Positions 18,389-28,526 of a DNA stretch of 64,000 nt are shown piece by piece; position 1 is the stretch's first letter, and each line of letters begins with the position of its first letter. Origin of the DNA: Pseudomonadota bacterium (GTDB taxonomy: Bacteria; Desulfobacterota; Binatia; Binatales; Binataceae); NCBI GenBank assembly GCA_021325355.1, contig JAJPHI010000018.1, forward strand, positions 193,617-257,616, read 5' to 3'. Below the pieces are notes generated by a model that was not told the DNA's origin, made no database searches, and saw nothing but the letters and a program-made list of their open reading frames with translations. Both the position numbers and the translations under genes were made by a program.

Positions 18389-18763
18389 ATGGCCGAAGAC
18401 TTGTCGAAAAAAGGGATGGAGGTCCGGACCGCGCTGTTCGGTGAAAAGGCTGCCAGGGCCGGACACGAGTATCTGAGCGAGTTCGACCCGGGGTTCGCCG
18501 ATTTTCTGAACGACCAGGTTTTCGGCGCGGTGTGGGGACGTCCGGGGTTGCCGCTAAAGACGCGCTCGCTAATCACGATGGCGGCGCTGCTCGCCCTCGG
18601 CCGCGCGCCGGAATTGAAGATTCACATGCGCGGCGCGCTTAATCTGGGTATCACCCGGGATGAAATCAGGGAGCTGATTATCCATCTCTCGCAATACAGC
18701 GGCGTGCCCACTGCGGTCGAGGCGATGCGGGTCTATCGCGAGGTGACGGAACCGAAGAAATAG
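18389..18763 (+). CDS. carboxymuconolactone decarboxylase family protein
   Basis: FGAVWGRPGL..RSLIT, HMRGALNLG, YSGVP. Confidence 0.88.
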   Translation: MAEDLSKKGMEVRTALFGEKAARAGHEYLSEFDPGFADFLNDQVFGAVWGRPGLPLKTRSLITMAALLALGRAPELKIHMRGALNLGITRDEIRELIIHLSQYSGVPTAVEAMRVYREVTEPKK

Positions 18764-18802
18764 CCGCGGTGACGCTCGCCGTCACGGGTGTGGGCATCGC
18801 CG

Positions 18803-19534
18803 TCACGGGTAGGGATGGCCGCGCGCGGTGATATCCAGCGAGGCGCCGGGGAAGCGCTCGTTGAGCAGTTGCAGCAGATCCAAAGGCGGACCGGCGAGGG
18901 CGGCGCGCCGCCACGAGACGTCGAAAGAGAGACGCACGCCGGCGCCCTCGGGGACGGCGGACTGACGCTCGAGACGGGTGCGAAAGCCCAGCGCGGCCAG
19001 CCGCTCGGTGACCTCCTTAATCATTGCGGTGCCGCCGCCGGCAACTACCAGGATGCCGTGCTGATCGCGCGGGATGCGCACGTCGAGCCATCGCACGACC
19101 CGCAGCGTGAACCAGGTCAGGGCGGTGCCGGCTATCCCGAGGCCCAACTGCCCGCCGCCGAAGCAGAGTCCGACGACCGTCATGATCCAGATCGTCGCTG
19201 CGGTGGTCACGCCCGACACGATATCGCCGCGTTTGATAATCGCGCCGGCGCCGATAAAGCCGATGCCGGTCAGGATACCGAGCGGCATCCGCATGAGATC
19301 CATCACGCCGAAGGAGTCCTGCTGCTTGCCGCCGACTGCCAGCAGTACATTCGCCTGCAGCATCGCGATGGTGGCGGCCAGCGTCACCAGGATTGTGGTT
19401 CTGAGTCCGGTCGAATGGCCGCGCTCGCCGCGATCGATTCCGATGGCTGCGCCCGCCAGCATCGCGAGCGCGAGGCGGAGAAGGATTTCCGGCCACGTCG
19501 GACTAAGGGGCATCGTGTCGAAGGAAGAGAGCAT
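18803..19534 (-). CDS. MgtC/SapB family membrane protein
   Basis: IGIDR, GLRTTILV, GIGFIGAGAI, SGVTTAATIW. Confidence 0.9.
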   Translation of the reverse strand: MLSSFDTMPLSPTWPEILLRLALAMLAGAAIGIDRGERGHSTGLRTTILVTLAATIAMLQANVLLAVGGKQQDSFGVMDLMRMPLGILTGIGFIGAGAIIKRGDIVSGVTTAATIWIMTVVGLCFGGGQLGLGIAGTALTWFTLRVVRWLDVRIPRDQHGILVVAGGGTAMIKEVTERLAALGFRTRLERQSAVPEGAGVRLSFDVSWRRAALAGPPLDLLQLLNERFPGASLDITARGHPYP

Positions 19535-19734
19535 GACTCAGGCTCCAGCCGGGGGCGCGCGCGCCGTATCGAGGCAGCGCGCCGTCAGAATAATGGTAGG
19601 CCGGTCGAACGGAAGCTTTGCAAGCGCGAATTGCTAATCCTGCCCCGTCTGATCGATACTCGCCAGCGAGAAGCGATGGCGCGGGGCGAAAATGCACAGC
19701 GTCCGTGTCGCCGCCCGCGGGGAGTAATTGTTCG

Positions 19735-20016
19735 ATGAGTCGCTATCAGGTCGATAAGTTGCTGCGCGATCTCCGCCGTGATCGCGATCTCGCGAGCCGC
19801 TTTCGCGCCGAGACAGACCAGGTGCTCGACCGCTACCGGCTCGATGCCGAAGAGCGACGCCTGCTCAAGGCCTGGGACGTCCGCGCGCTGTTCGATCGCG
19901 GGGTCAATCCGCTGCTCCTGCTGCTCGCCCACGGACCGGCGGTGCGCAAGGATCTGCGCGATTACGTGGCGGCGATCAATCGCGCCGGCGAGCGCAAAGG
20001 AGAGGACCATGGCTGA
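19735..20016 (+). CDS. LigA-like small subunit of extradiol dioxygenase
   Basis: MSRYQVDKLL...YRLDAEERRLL..WDVRALFDRGVNPLLL; overlaps the start of the LigB-like gene. Confidence 0.75.
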   Translation: MSRYQVDKLLRDLRRDRDLASRFRAETDQVLDRYRLDAEERRLLKAWDVRALFDRGVNPLLLLLAHGPAVRKDLRDYVAAINRAGERKGEDHG

Positions 20017-20848
20017 AGTGGTTGCCGGGATTGCCTGTTCTCACGTCCCGCTGATGGCCTCGCCGCAGAACTGGGAGCGGCTGCCGGAAGCCGAACGGAA
20101 GCGCCTGCGGGAGGGTTTCGCGCGCGCCGCAGAGATTCTCGAGGAAGCGCGGCCCGATGTGCTGATAACCTTCGCTGACGATCACTTCGACCGCTGCTTC
20201 CTGGATAATCTTCCGGCGTTCCTGGTGGGTATCGGGGAGGAAGCCGTCGGACCTGCGGTTGCGGGTTTCGATATTCCGTCGGTGCGTCTGCCGATCGCGA
20301 GCGAGCTCGCGCGCTTCATCGTTCGTGAAGGCCTCGAAAGGGGCGTGGACTTCGCCTTTTCCGAAGAGCTGCCGCTCGATCACGCCGAGATTGCTCCGCT
20401 GATGCATCTGGCGCCGCGCTGGGACCGGCCGATTATTCCGATCGTGGTCAACGCCTTCGCGCCGCCGATGCCGTCGCCCAGACGCTGTTTCGACGTCGGC
20501 GCTTTTGTCGGCCGATGCGTCGAGCGGTTCCCCGATTCATCGCGTGTGGCGATCGTCGGCACCGGCGGCTTGTCGCATTGGGTGGGGCCGCCGCAGATGG
20601 GTCGGATCAACGAGGAATTCGATCGCTGGTTTCTCGACTGCCTGGTTGAGCGGCGGATCGACGAGGCGACCGGACGGTATGCTCGCTATGAAGACCTCGA
20701 GGCGGTGGCCGGCAACGGCGGTCACGAGATTCGCGACTGGCTGGCGGTCGCGGGCGCGATGACCGAGCGGTTGCGTCCGCAGGTGCTGGCCTACGAGCCG
20801 CTGAAACCGTGGATGACCGGCACCGGTATCATGGCGTGGTCCGCCTAG
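20009..20848 (+). CDS. LigB-like class III extradiol ring-cleavage dioxygenase
   Basis: Fe-ligand and catalytic motifs SHVP, DDHF, LDHA, GTGGLSHW, GGHEIRDW. Confidence 0.88.
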   Translation: MAEVVAGIACSHVPLMASPQNWERLPEAERKRLREGFARAAEILEEARPDVLITFADDHFDRCFLDNLPAFLVGIGEEAVGPAVAGFDIPSVRLPIASELARFIVREGLERGVDFAFSEELPLDHAEIAPLMHLAPRWDRPIIPIVVNAFAPPMPSPRRCFDVGAFVGRCVERFPDSSRVAIVGTGGLSHWVGPPQMGRINEEFDRWFLDCLVERRIDEATGRYARYEDLEAVAGNGGHEIRDWLAVAGAMTERLRPQVLAYEPLKPWMTGTGIMAWSA

Positions 20849-21551
20849 AAGGGCTCGTCGCGCGTTCAGCGCGCAAGCCGTAAAGGGCGACCAGAAGCGT
20901 CGGCGTCGCGCACAGCGCGCCGATCGCAAGGCGCAGATGGCGCAGCAGCAGGCCCGTGCCAATCGCGGCGAGGAAATAGACGATGAGGAAGACGGCCTGC
21001 AGCGCGAGGCGCTCTTCAAACGCCGTCTGATCGCGGGGCAGGCGCCGAGCTCCGGGCCGCATCAGCATGCCAAGCCCGCTGACCAGCGTCGTCCACGTGC
21101 CGGTGATGTAGGTGGTGACGATCCCCGGCAATTTGAGCGCGAGCATCGCGCCGCTCTGCAGGCCGATCGCGACGGCGAGCACGCCGAGCAGGCAGTATCT
21201 GGAGACGCCGTGCGGTGTCCCACCAGCCGCCATCCATCCCGCGGCCGCGAGACTCAGGAGCGCCGCCTCGAGCAGCAGCACGATTGAGACGGCGCGATCC
21301 CAAAGCGCCCCCGGAGCGACATCGGGTGTCAGCACCGCGCCCAGCGCAACCCCAAGGATATAACCGAACAGCGCGAGCAGCGGCGGCGCGAACGCGTGGT
21401 GCGGCGTAAAGATCGTTACGCCGAGCAGCACCGTATTGCCGGTCATGTTGGCCACGAAAGCATGACCCAGTCCGACGTAGCTCCAGCCGTCGGCTGATCC
21501 CGAAGTGATCGCGAGCAGCATCAACAGGCGATCACGCTGGTCCGGTTGCAT
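20829..21551 (-). CDS. YoaK/DUF1275 family membrane protein
   Basis: GSADG, FVANMTGNTVLLG, GLQSG, TTYITG. Confidence 0.85.
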   Translation of the reverse strand: MQPDQRDRLLMLLAITSGSADGWSYVGLGHAFVANMTGNTVLLGVTIFTPHHAFAPPLLALFGYILGVALGAVLTPDVAPGALWDRAVSIVLLLEAALLSLAAAGWMAAGGTPHGVSRYCLLGVLAVAIGLQSGAMLALKLPGIVTTYITGTWTTLVSGLGMLMRPGARRLPRDQTAFEERLALQAVFLIVYFLAAIGTGLLLRHLRLAIGALCATPTLLVALYGLRAERATSPSRRTTP

Positions 21552-22397
21552 TTACTTGCCGATGGTGGGCGGATGGGCCTCGCGGAACTCGAGCGCCACC
21601 GTCCGCATCGTTTTGAAAGTCACCCCTTCGCGGCTGCTCAAATGATCCAGCAGCCGCTCGAGCATCAGGAGCCGGTGGCCGCGTCCGATTGCCTGGGGAT
21701 GCATGGTCAGGATGTACACGCCGCGGCCGAGCCGATCGTACAGATAATCAAAATCGCCGGCCCAGATCTCATAAACCTGTGACGGCGCCGCCAGACCCGG
21801 ATTGAGCCCGCCGCGCGTCTGGAAGTATTCGAAGATGGGAAAATCGTCGAGGCCCCAGGTAAACGGCAATTCGACCAGGCTGGTCTCGCGACCCCACACG
21901 TAGGGTCCATCCTTGGGCGCCGCGTCGCCGATCCGGCAGTAGTATGGCGAAAAATCGTTGCCCATCATGCTGCTGTCGTAAAGAAAGCCGCGGTCCAGCA
22001 GGCATTGGAGCGTCGAAGGCATCAGGCCCGCCGCCGGCGAGCGATAGCCGACCGGGGCGACGCCGCCGATACGGGTCAGGACCGCGCTGGCGCGATCGAA
22101 GTCGGCGGCTTCCGCGTCGGCGTCGCGGGGCCGGTCGTGAAAATATCCATGATGGGCCAGCTCGTGCCCCTCGGCGACGATTGCCTCAACCAGATGGGGA
22201 AAGGCCTCGGCGGTATGGCCGGGTACGAACCAGGTGGAGGGCAGTCTGCGTTCGCGCAGGAGGGTGAGCAGCCGTAGGGCGCCGACGGCGCCGAACTCGC
22301 CGCGCGAGAGGGCGCTCGGCGAACGCGCATGAAAGGTGCCGATCCACACCGACATCGCGTCGAAGTCGAACGTCAGACAAACGCTTACTTCCTTCAT
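21552..22397 (-). CDS. polysaccharide deacetylase family protein
   Basis: LTFDFDA, TWFVPG, HELAHHGYFH, GYRSP, YDSSMM, LTMHPQ; SD GGAG before ATG 22397. Confidence 0.88.
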   Translation of the reverse strand: MKEVSVCLTFDFDAMSVWIGTFHARSPSALSRGEFGAVGALRLLTLLRERRLPSTWFVPGHTAEAFPHLVEAIVAEGHELAHHGYFHDRPRDADAEAADFDRASAVLTRIGGVAPVGYRSPAAGLMPSTLQCLLDRGFLYDSSMMGNDFSPYYCRIGDAAPKDGPYVWGRETSLVELPFTWGLDDFPIFEYFQTRGGLNPGLAAPSQVYEIWAGDFDYLYDRLGRGVYILTMHPQAIGRGHRLLMLERLLDHLSSREGVTFKTMRTVALEFREAHPPTIGK

Positions 22398-22712
22398 GGC
22401 GGTCTCCTTGCGCTTCCCCGGCGTCGAGGCTGGGAGAGCTCGGATGATTTTCGAGGAATCGCGAGGGAAATTCGAATGAACGGATGGACCGCCGAGATCC
22501 GCGCCCTCGGTGATGACGGGCGCCGCATGAGGTTCGAGGCGGCCGGGCGCCGGCGGTCGGACTTTCCCTTGACACTCCGAAAGGGCTGTTGTACTCGAAT
22601 TTCGACTTCGGTGGAGAAAGGTCGCACACTGCGCAAAAGAGTGCGCCGGGCAGCCGAACGCCGGAAACTGCATTCGACACCCGAATCGAAGAGGATCGGA
22701 TTGAGATACAGT

Positions 22713-23726
22713 ATGCGGAAGCGCAACGGTTTCAAGCTGCTGGCGGGCGCAGTACTGGGCGTGGCCCTGGTGTGCGGCGCGTTCGGCACGCACGCGGCGA
22801 TCGAGGGTACGCCGCGCGCCGGAGCACCCCATTACCTCGGTCTGTTCGGCGCGAGCATTCGCCCCAATGACGGCGCGATTTTCGTCGTCGGCGCGAAGTG
22901 CCTCGTGATGGTCTCGACGGACAAGGGCAAGAGCTGGGTTCAACTGCCGATCCGCGTGCGGCCCGGCGGTCCGCTGTTTCAGGACTACGACCTCTACTCC
23001 ATCGCCTTTGCGCCCGACGGCAAGACTGGCGTAATCGTCGGTGAGGCCGGGACGGCGCTGAATACCGACGACGGCGGCGCGACCTGGAAGAAGGTCAACA
23101 CCGGCACGACCAAGACGCTGCTCAAGGTATATGTCGATGGGCAGAACGTGGTGGCGGTGGGCGCCGACGGCGCGATCCTGCGTTCGACCGACGGCGGCAC
23201 GAGCTGGCAGATGGAAAAATGCCCGCTCGACATCACGCTCTTCGACGTCACCTTCACCGATCCGAATACGGCGTGGGCGGCGGGCGAGTTCCATACGATC
23301 CTGAAGTCCGCTGACGGTGGCCAGAGCTGGACGATCGCCACCGGGGGCCATACCGAGAACTTCGAGATCGGACCCTATTTCACCATCAATTTCATCGATC
23401 CGCAGCATGCTATCGCGGCCGGTCTCGCCGGGGAGCTGGCGACGAGCGATGACGGCGGGCAAACCTGGAAGACCAGCAGTCTGCCGGAACAGGTCGGCAC
23501 CTATACGGTCGCTTACGATCCGACCGCGAAACAGATCTGGACGGCCGGATCGGGCGGCCGCGCTTTCGTGCAGGGCGCTGACGGCAAATGGCAACCGGCG
23601 CCGCGCGCGACCTTTAATGATTTGACCGATATCGCCTTTGCCGGCACGGAAGGCGTGATGGTGGGTTTGAACGGGACAATCCTCGTAAGCGACGACGCGG
23701 GCGAAAAATGGCAAGCAGTTCAGTAA
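22713..23726 (+). CDS. secreted YCF48/BNR-repeat beta-propeller protein
   Basis: Signal peptide; multiple Asp-box repeats (STDKGKSW, TDDGGATW, STDGGTSW, SADGGQSW, SDDGGQTW, SDDAGEKW). Confidence 0.88.
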   Translation: MRKRNGFKLLAGAVLGVALVCGAFGTHAAIEGTPRAGAPHYLGLFGASIRPNDGAIFVVGAKCLVMVSTDKGKSWVQLPIRVRPGGPLFQDYDLYSIAFAPDGKTGVIVGEAGTALNTDDGGATWKKVNTGTTKTLLKVYVDGQNVVAVGADGAILRSTDGGTSWQMEKCPLDITLFDVTFTDPNTAWAAGEFHTILKSADGGQSWTIATGGHTENFEIGPYFTINFIDPQHAIAAGLAGELATSDDGGQTWKTSSLPEQVGTYTVAYDPTAKQIWTAGSGGRAFVQGADGKWQPAPRATFNDLTDIAFAGTEGVMVGLNGTILVSDDAGEKWQAVQ

Positions 23727-26152
23727 GCTTCGGCTCGTTCAAGATCGGCGATTTCGTTCTTCGCTATCGGGCGATTATCGGTGCGATCCTGCTGATTATC
23801 AGCGGCGTGGCCGCCTACTACATCACGCAGGTCAACATCCACACCGAGTTCGACGATTTCTTTCCGGTCAGGCATCCCAACGTTCAACTCTACGAGAAGT
23901 GGCGGAAATACGGCGGCGCGCAGACCCTGTCGGTGATGATTCAGGTGCGCCACGGCGACATCTTCAACCGTGACACGCTGCAGAAGATCACCGATATCCA
24001 GACGGCCGTGGACAAACTGCCGGGCGTTGACCATAACCAGGTGCTGTCGCTCGCTTCGTATCGCGTCAGTTATGCCGAAGCGTCGCCCGGGTCGCTGCTG
24101 ATAAAGCCGTTCATGTTTCCCGCGCCGCCCACCGACAACGCCGGTATCCAGGATCTCAAGCGGCGGGTTCTGGCCAATGAATCGACCATCTCCTACCTGG
24201 TGAACCCGGATCTCAAGAGCGCCCGCGTGCAGGCGGCCTTCAACGAACGCGGGCTCGACTATCGCGAGTTGTTTTACGAGGTCCAGGATATCGTCAAGAA
24301 GTATCAGGACGATAACAACCGGATCTATGTTGCCGGCGAGCCGATTATCCGCGGCTACGGCTACTACTATGAGCCGGAGGTCGTGGTTCTGCTGCTGATC
24401 GCCGTCGCGATCATGATCATCATTCTCTGGGCGACGGGCGGGCAGCGCAGCCGCTGGTGGGCGCCGATCGTGACGGGGACGCTGTCGGCGGTATGGGGCC
24501 TCGGGTTCGTCGGCCTGATGGGCTACGACTTCGACCCGGTGATGCTGGTCATACCGTTCATCCTGACGGCGCGCGACATGAGCCACGGTATCCAGTGGCA
24601 GGGGCGCTATCACGACGAGCTGGATCGGCTCGGCGACAAGTTCGCGGCATGCTCGGCGACCACCGATTTCATGCTGCCGCCGGGCTTTCTGTCGATCATG
24701 GCCGATATCAGCGGCATCATTTTCATCTCCTTCGGGGGGATTCCGGTCCTGCAGCATATTGCGCTTGCCGGTACGGTGTGGTTGGCCGGCAGTCTCACGA
24801 TGGTCTTTATCTTCCAGCCGATCCTGATGAGCTATCTGCCGGTGCCGGAGATTAAGCATCGGCGGGTGCGCGCGGAAAAAGGCGCACTATCCGCCTGGGC
24901 GAGCAGGCAGTTCGACTGGCTGGTGCACGTTCCCACGCGGGGCGGCCTGTTGCGCACGGTGCTGCTGGGCGGCTCGGCGCTCTTCCTGGTTTACGGCATC
25001 GTCTCCGGGATCGACAGCAAAATCGGCTACGCGTCGGCCGGCACGCCGCTCTATAAACCCAACGCCAAGGTCAATCAGGATATCGCGACGGTCGGCAAGG
25101 AGTTCCCGCTCGAAGAGGGCTGGGTGATCCTGACCACCCCAGCCTATCCCAATCAGATTTCGGTCCTCGGCGGCCCGGTGCTGCGGATGATGGACGACTT
25201 CCGCTCCTACCTGCTGGGGAACGATCCGAAAGTCCTTAACGTGGTGTCGTACGCCGGCGCCATCGGCAAACCCTTCAACGAACGCTTCCATTACGGGTTT
25301 CCCAAGTACCTGGCGATTCCCGAGCCGCTCGAGCTCTCGGCGAATCTATGGTTCCTCTATCTGAATGGATCGGCGCCGGGCGAGCTCGAGCGCTTCATTT
25401 CGAGCCGCCTCAACGACGACACCTGTATTCGTATCCTGTTGCGCGATCATACTTACGACACCCTGAACCGGATCCGCGATGAGATCACGCAGTTTGTCGA
25501 CGAGCGGGTGACGCCCGATCCGGTGCTGAATCCTGCCGACCCGAAGGCACCGCGCGTTGGGGTCTATTACCTTGCCGGACTGGCGGGACTTTATCTGGCC
25601 GCCAATGACGTGCTGAAGAAACTCGACTTCCTCAACATCACGTTCGTGCTGGGCGTGGTGTGGCTGTTCTGTATCGGCGCTTTCCGCTCGATCGTTGCCG
25701 GTGTCATGTTCCTCCTCGCCTGCGTGCTCGCGAACTTCGGCGCATTCATCTATATGAACGCCCGCGGTATCGGTCTGACCATCGATACCATTCCGGTGGT
25801 TTCGCTGGGCATCGGCCTCGGCGTCGATTACGGCATCTACACGGTGTCCCGGATTCGTGACGAAGTGATGGCTGGGATGGAGGTGGACGATGCTATCGTG
25901 CTCGCACTCAGCACCACCGGCGTCGCGGTGTTCAATACCTTCCTGGTGATGATCGGCGGTATCTTTCCGTGGATGTTCTCGCCGCTGCTGTTCCACAGCG
26001 AGATGAGCACGCTGCTTATCTTCCTGATGGCAACCAATATGGTGGCCGGATGTATCGTGCTGCCGTGCTACATCTCGTGGGCGCGACCCAGCTTCGTGTT
26101 CGGCGGCAAGGCGATGAGCCGCGAGCGGGAGCTCAAGGCCGCGGTTTCCTGA
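23708..26152 (+). CDS. MMPL/RND-family transporter
   Basis: Two TM+periplasmic repeats; SHGIQ, GIGLGVDYGIY; coupled to YCF48 gene. Confidence 0.9.
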   Translation: MASSSVSFGSFKIGDFVLRYRAIIGAILLIISGVAAYYITQVNIHTEFDDFFPVRHPNVQLYEKWRKYGGAQTLSVMIQVRHGDIFNRDTLQKITDIQTAVDKLPGVDHNQVLSLASYRVSYAEASPGSLLIKPFMFPAPPTDNAGIQDLKRRVLANESTISYLVNPDLKSARVQAAFNERGLDYRELFYEVQDIVKKYQDDNNRIYVAGEPIIRGYGYYYEPEVVVLLLIAVAIMIIILWATGGQRSRWWAPIVTGTLSAVWGLGFVGLMGYDFDPVMLVIPFILTARDMSHGIQWQGRYHDELDRLGDKFAACSATTDFMLPPGFLSIMADISGIIFISFGGIPVLQHIALAGTVWLAGSLTMVFIFQPILMSYLPVPEIKHRRVRAEKGALSAWASRQFDWLVHVPTRGGLLRTVLLGGSALFLVYGIVSGIDSKIGYASAGTPLYKPNAKVNQDIATVGKEFPLEEGWVILTTPAYPNQISVLGGPVLRMMDDFRSYLLGNDPKVLNVVSYAGAIGKPFNERFHYGFPKYLAIPEPLELSANLWFLYLNGSAPGELERFISSRLNDDTCIRILLRDHTYDTLNRIRDEITQFVDERVTPDPVLNPADPKAPRVGVYYLAGLAGLYLAANDVLKKLDFLNITFVLGVVWLFCIGAFRSIVAGVMFLLACVLANFGAFIYMNARGIGLTIDTIPVVSLGIGLGVDYGIYTVSRIRDEVMAGMEVDDAIVLALSTTGVAVFNTFLVMIGGIFPWMFSPLLFHSEMSTLLIFLMATNMVAGCIVLPCYISWARPSFVFGGKAMSRERELKAAVS

Positions 26153-26175
26153 TTCAGGTACGGTCGGACTGAGCG

Positions 26176-26210
26176 AGCGGCTCCCTGCTTTGGCGGGGAG
26201 CCGCTTTTTT
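26176..26210 (+). terminator. intrinsic terminator after MMPL gene
   Basis: AGCGGCTCCCTGC-tttg-GCGGGGAGCCGCT followed by a T-run. Confidence 0.85.
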
Positions 26211-26343
26211 GGTTCACGACTGCGTTATTGCCAGTCCGGCGTCGAGGCGATTTCTCCCGGCGCCGCGGCGACTCCTGTCCGAACCGGTATCAACTCAGGC
26301 CGGGACCCGACAGGCTGGCGCGCGAGCCAACGAGCGGTAAGAG

Positions 26344-26384
26344 AAAAAAGTCCCGCCCGCGCATCGAGTCGCGCGGGCGGGGAC
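26344..26384 (-). terminator. intrinsic terminator after CoA-transferase gene
   Basis: GTCCCGCCCGCGC/GCGCGGGCGGGGAC stem with A6 on the plus strand (U-run on minus). Confidence 0.8.
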
Positions 26385-26424
26385 GATTAACGGTTCTGGC
26401 GATTATTGGGTGAAGCGGGACGAA

Positions 26425-27687
26425 TCAGGCCGGGGCGGTTTCCAGGGTCTTGTCGCGGACGAGGATCCCTTTCGCATAGAGCTGGCGGATTTCCTCGTCT
26501 GAAGTGCCCAGCACCTCGCGGAGCACGCGTTCGTTGTCTTCGCCCAGGCGCGCGGTGCGGAGCTCCGTGCGATCCGGCCAGGCCGAGAACTTGACCGGGA
26601 CGCTCGGCACGGCGACCCGACCGAGCAGCGGATCATCGATCCATTTGACGGTCTTCCGCTGATTCAGATGGGGATGATTGACCGCCTCATTGACGGTCAG
26701 CACCGGCGCGCAGGGCACGCGCTCCTTGTCCAGCACTTCGAGGATTTGATCGCGCGTTTCGAAGGTCTTCATCCAATCCTCGATGATCACTTTCAATTCG
26801 GCGTCGTTGTCGCGCCGCCCGCGGGCGCTCTTGAAGCGGGGGTCATCGGCGAGTTCCGGCATGCCCATCGCGCGGGTGAAGGCGCGCCATTGATGGGGGG
26901 TCGGGATCGTCAACAGCACGTATTGATCATCCTTGAAATGATAGACGCCGGTCGGGCCACCGTCGGGATGCTGCGAGCCGTTGCGGGTCTTGCGATAGCG
27001 ATCGCCGCGCAGGGCCACCATCGGCGGACTCGTCTCGTGCATATGGAAATAGGTGTCGGTCAGCGAAGCGTCGAGATACTGACCTTCGCCGGTGCGCTCG
27101 CGATGGACGAGGGCAAAGCCGATAGCCATCGCTGCCGCCACGCCGGTCGAGACGTCGCCGATAGCCATCGTCACGAGGGAGGGCGCGCGGCCGCGTTCAC
27201 CGATACCGTCGGTGACGCCGGCGTAAGCCTGGCCGATATAGTCGTAGCCGGCCTTGTAGGAGAGCGGCCCGGTCTGCCCGGCCATCGAGATCGAAGCCAT
27301 CACGATTTTCGGATTGATCTTGCGGACCGTTTCATAGTCAAAGCCGAGGCGTTTGATGACGCCGGGCGCGAAATTCTCGACGATGACGTCGATCTTCGGA
27401 ATCATCGCCGTCACCAGCTCGCGCGCTCCCGGCTGCTTCATATCGATCGCGAAGCTCAGCTTGCTGTGATTGTGCTGGAGATAATAGGTGCTGGTGGTCG
27501 ATTCCTTGTATTCGGGCTTGAGCGGCTTAAGGCCGCCGGCGCGAACACGATCGCCGTCCGGCGCGAGCTCGAGCTTGATTACCTCGGCGCCCATCTCGGC
27601 GAGAATCCGGGTACAGGTGGGGCCGGCGACAAACTGCGTAAAATCGAGCACGCGGTAACCTTCAAGCATCCGGGGCATCGTACTCAT
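26425..27687 (-). CDS. CaiB/BaiF class III CoA-transferase
   Basis: LEGYRVLDFTQFVAGP, GAEVIKLE, VENFAPG, GYDYIGQA, IGDVSTG. Confidence 0.92.
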   Translation of the reverse strand: MSTMPRMLEGYRVLDFTQFVAGPTCTRILAEMGAEVIKLELAPDGDRVRAGGLKPLKPEYKESTTSTYYLQHNHSKLSFAIDMKQPGARELVTAMIPKIDVIVENFAPGVIKRLGFDYETVRKINPKIVMASISMAGQTGPLSYKAGYDYIGQAYAGVTDGIGERGRAPSLVTMAIGDVSTGVAAAMAIGFALVHRERTGEGQYLDASLTDTYFHMHETSPPMVALRGDRYRKTRNGSQHPDGGPTGVYHFKDDQYVLLTIPTPHQWRAFTRAMGMPELADDPRFKSARGRRDNDAELKVIIEDWMKTFETRDQILEVLDKERVPCAPVLTVNEAVNHPHLNQRKTVKWIDDPLLGRVAVPSVPVKFSAWPDRTELRTARLGEDNERVLREVLGTSDEEIRQLYAKGILVRDKTLETAPA

Positions 27688-27841
27688 TCAACAAAACCCT
27701 CCACGGCCAGATGTTAAGAGCCACTATCTTTGTCGCACCCTACAAAAAGCTTCGCATTTTGTCCATGCGAACCAGGCGGCCGCCGGGAAGCGCCGCAGGG
27801 CGCGGTCGCCGCGGTCCGTCAAGTGACGGCGCCGAGCGCTT

Positions 27842-28258
27842 TCAGGCGCAGGGCCTGAATTTCGCCAGGGTGATTTCGGGGGTCACGTCGTCGAACACCA
27901 CCTCGACCGCCATCCCGGCGCGAATCTGATCGTTGGCCACCTCGACCAGGTTGGTCAGGAGGCGGGGGCCTTCCGCGAGTTCGACTTCGGCGACGTTGTA
28001 GGGAACGTCGTTTTCATACGATTTGAAATATGCCTGATGGAACACGACCCAGGAATTGACGCGACCGCGGCCGGACAGCCGTTCCCACGCGTACTCGCGC
28101 GACCAGCATCGCGGGCATAGGGGCGACGGCGGGAACCATACGCGGCTGCACCTGGTGCACCGCTGCAGGCGCAGCTCGCGGCGGCGCAGCGCCTCCCAGA
28201 ACGGCTGATTGAGCGACGTGACAGCCGGCAACGGCTTCTGATAGGACGGCTCGGCCAT
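27842..28258 (-). CDS. Zn-ribbon/OB-fold protein (DUF35, ChsH2-like)
   Basis: PFWEAL..LRLQRCTRC..PP..CPRC, SGRGRV, VELAEGPRLLTN. Confidence 0.9.
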   Translation of the reverse strand: MAEPSYQKPLPAVTSLNQPFWEALRRRELRLQRCTRCSRVWFPPSPLCPRCWSREYAWERLSGRGRVNSWVVFHQAYFKSYENDVPYNVAEVELAEGPRLLTNLVEVANDQIRAGMAVEVVFDDVTPEITLAKFRPCA

Positions 28259-28291
28259 TTAACCTCTCGTCAGCGGGGAGCTTCCCTGCAG

Positions 28292-28516
28292 TTAATGACA
28301 GCCGCAGGCGCCGCCGCAACATCCGCCACGCGCCGGAGCGCCGGCGGCCTGCGCCATGCCGTCCGCCGCGCGCCCGGCCGAGGCAAAAACCGAGAGCTCA
28401 CGCCGCAGGCGGGTGCCGTGGCAGGTGGGACAGGCGGCATCCTCGTCATGTCCCGAGCGCACGAAGGTCTCAAAAGGCGCATCACAGTCCGCGCAGTGAA
28501 ATTCATAGATCGGCAT
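28292..28516 (-). CDS. FmdB-family zinc-ribbon protein
   Basis: MPIYEFHCADC...CPTCHG..LSVF, Cys-rich tail GGCCGGACGCH. Confidence 0.88.
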   Translation of the reverse strand: MPIYEFHCADCDAPFETFVRSGHDEDAACPTCHGTRLRRELSVFASAGRAADGMAQAAGAPARGGCCGGACGCH

Positions 28517-28526
28517 GGCAATGAGT

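Noticed and set aside
18769-18810. Direct repeat TCGCCGTCACGGGT x2 (21-nt period) between convergent genes
   Set aside because: Two copies only, a local duplication of the MgtC stop region; not CRISPR-like.
22569-22597. TTGACA upstream of the YCF48 gene
   Set aside because: Perfect -35 but no convincing -10 at 16-18 nt spacing, so not listed as a promoter.
21552-23714. Apparent 720-aa polysaccharide deacetylase fusion
   Set aside because: The N-terminal part is antisense to the YCF48 gene; the real start with SD is at 22397.
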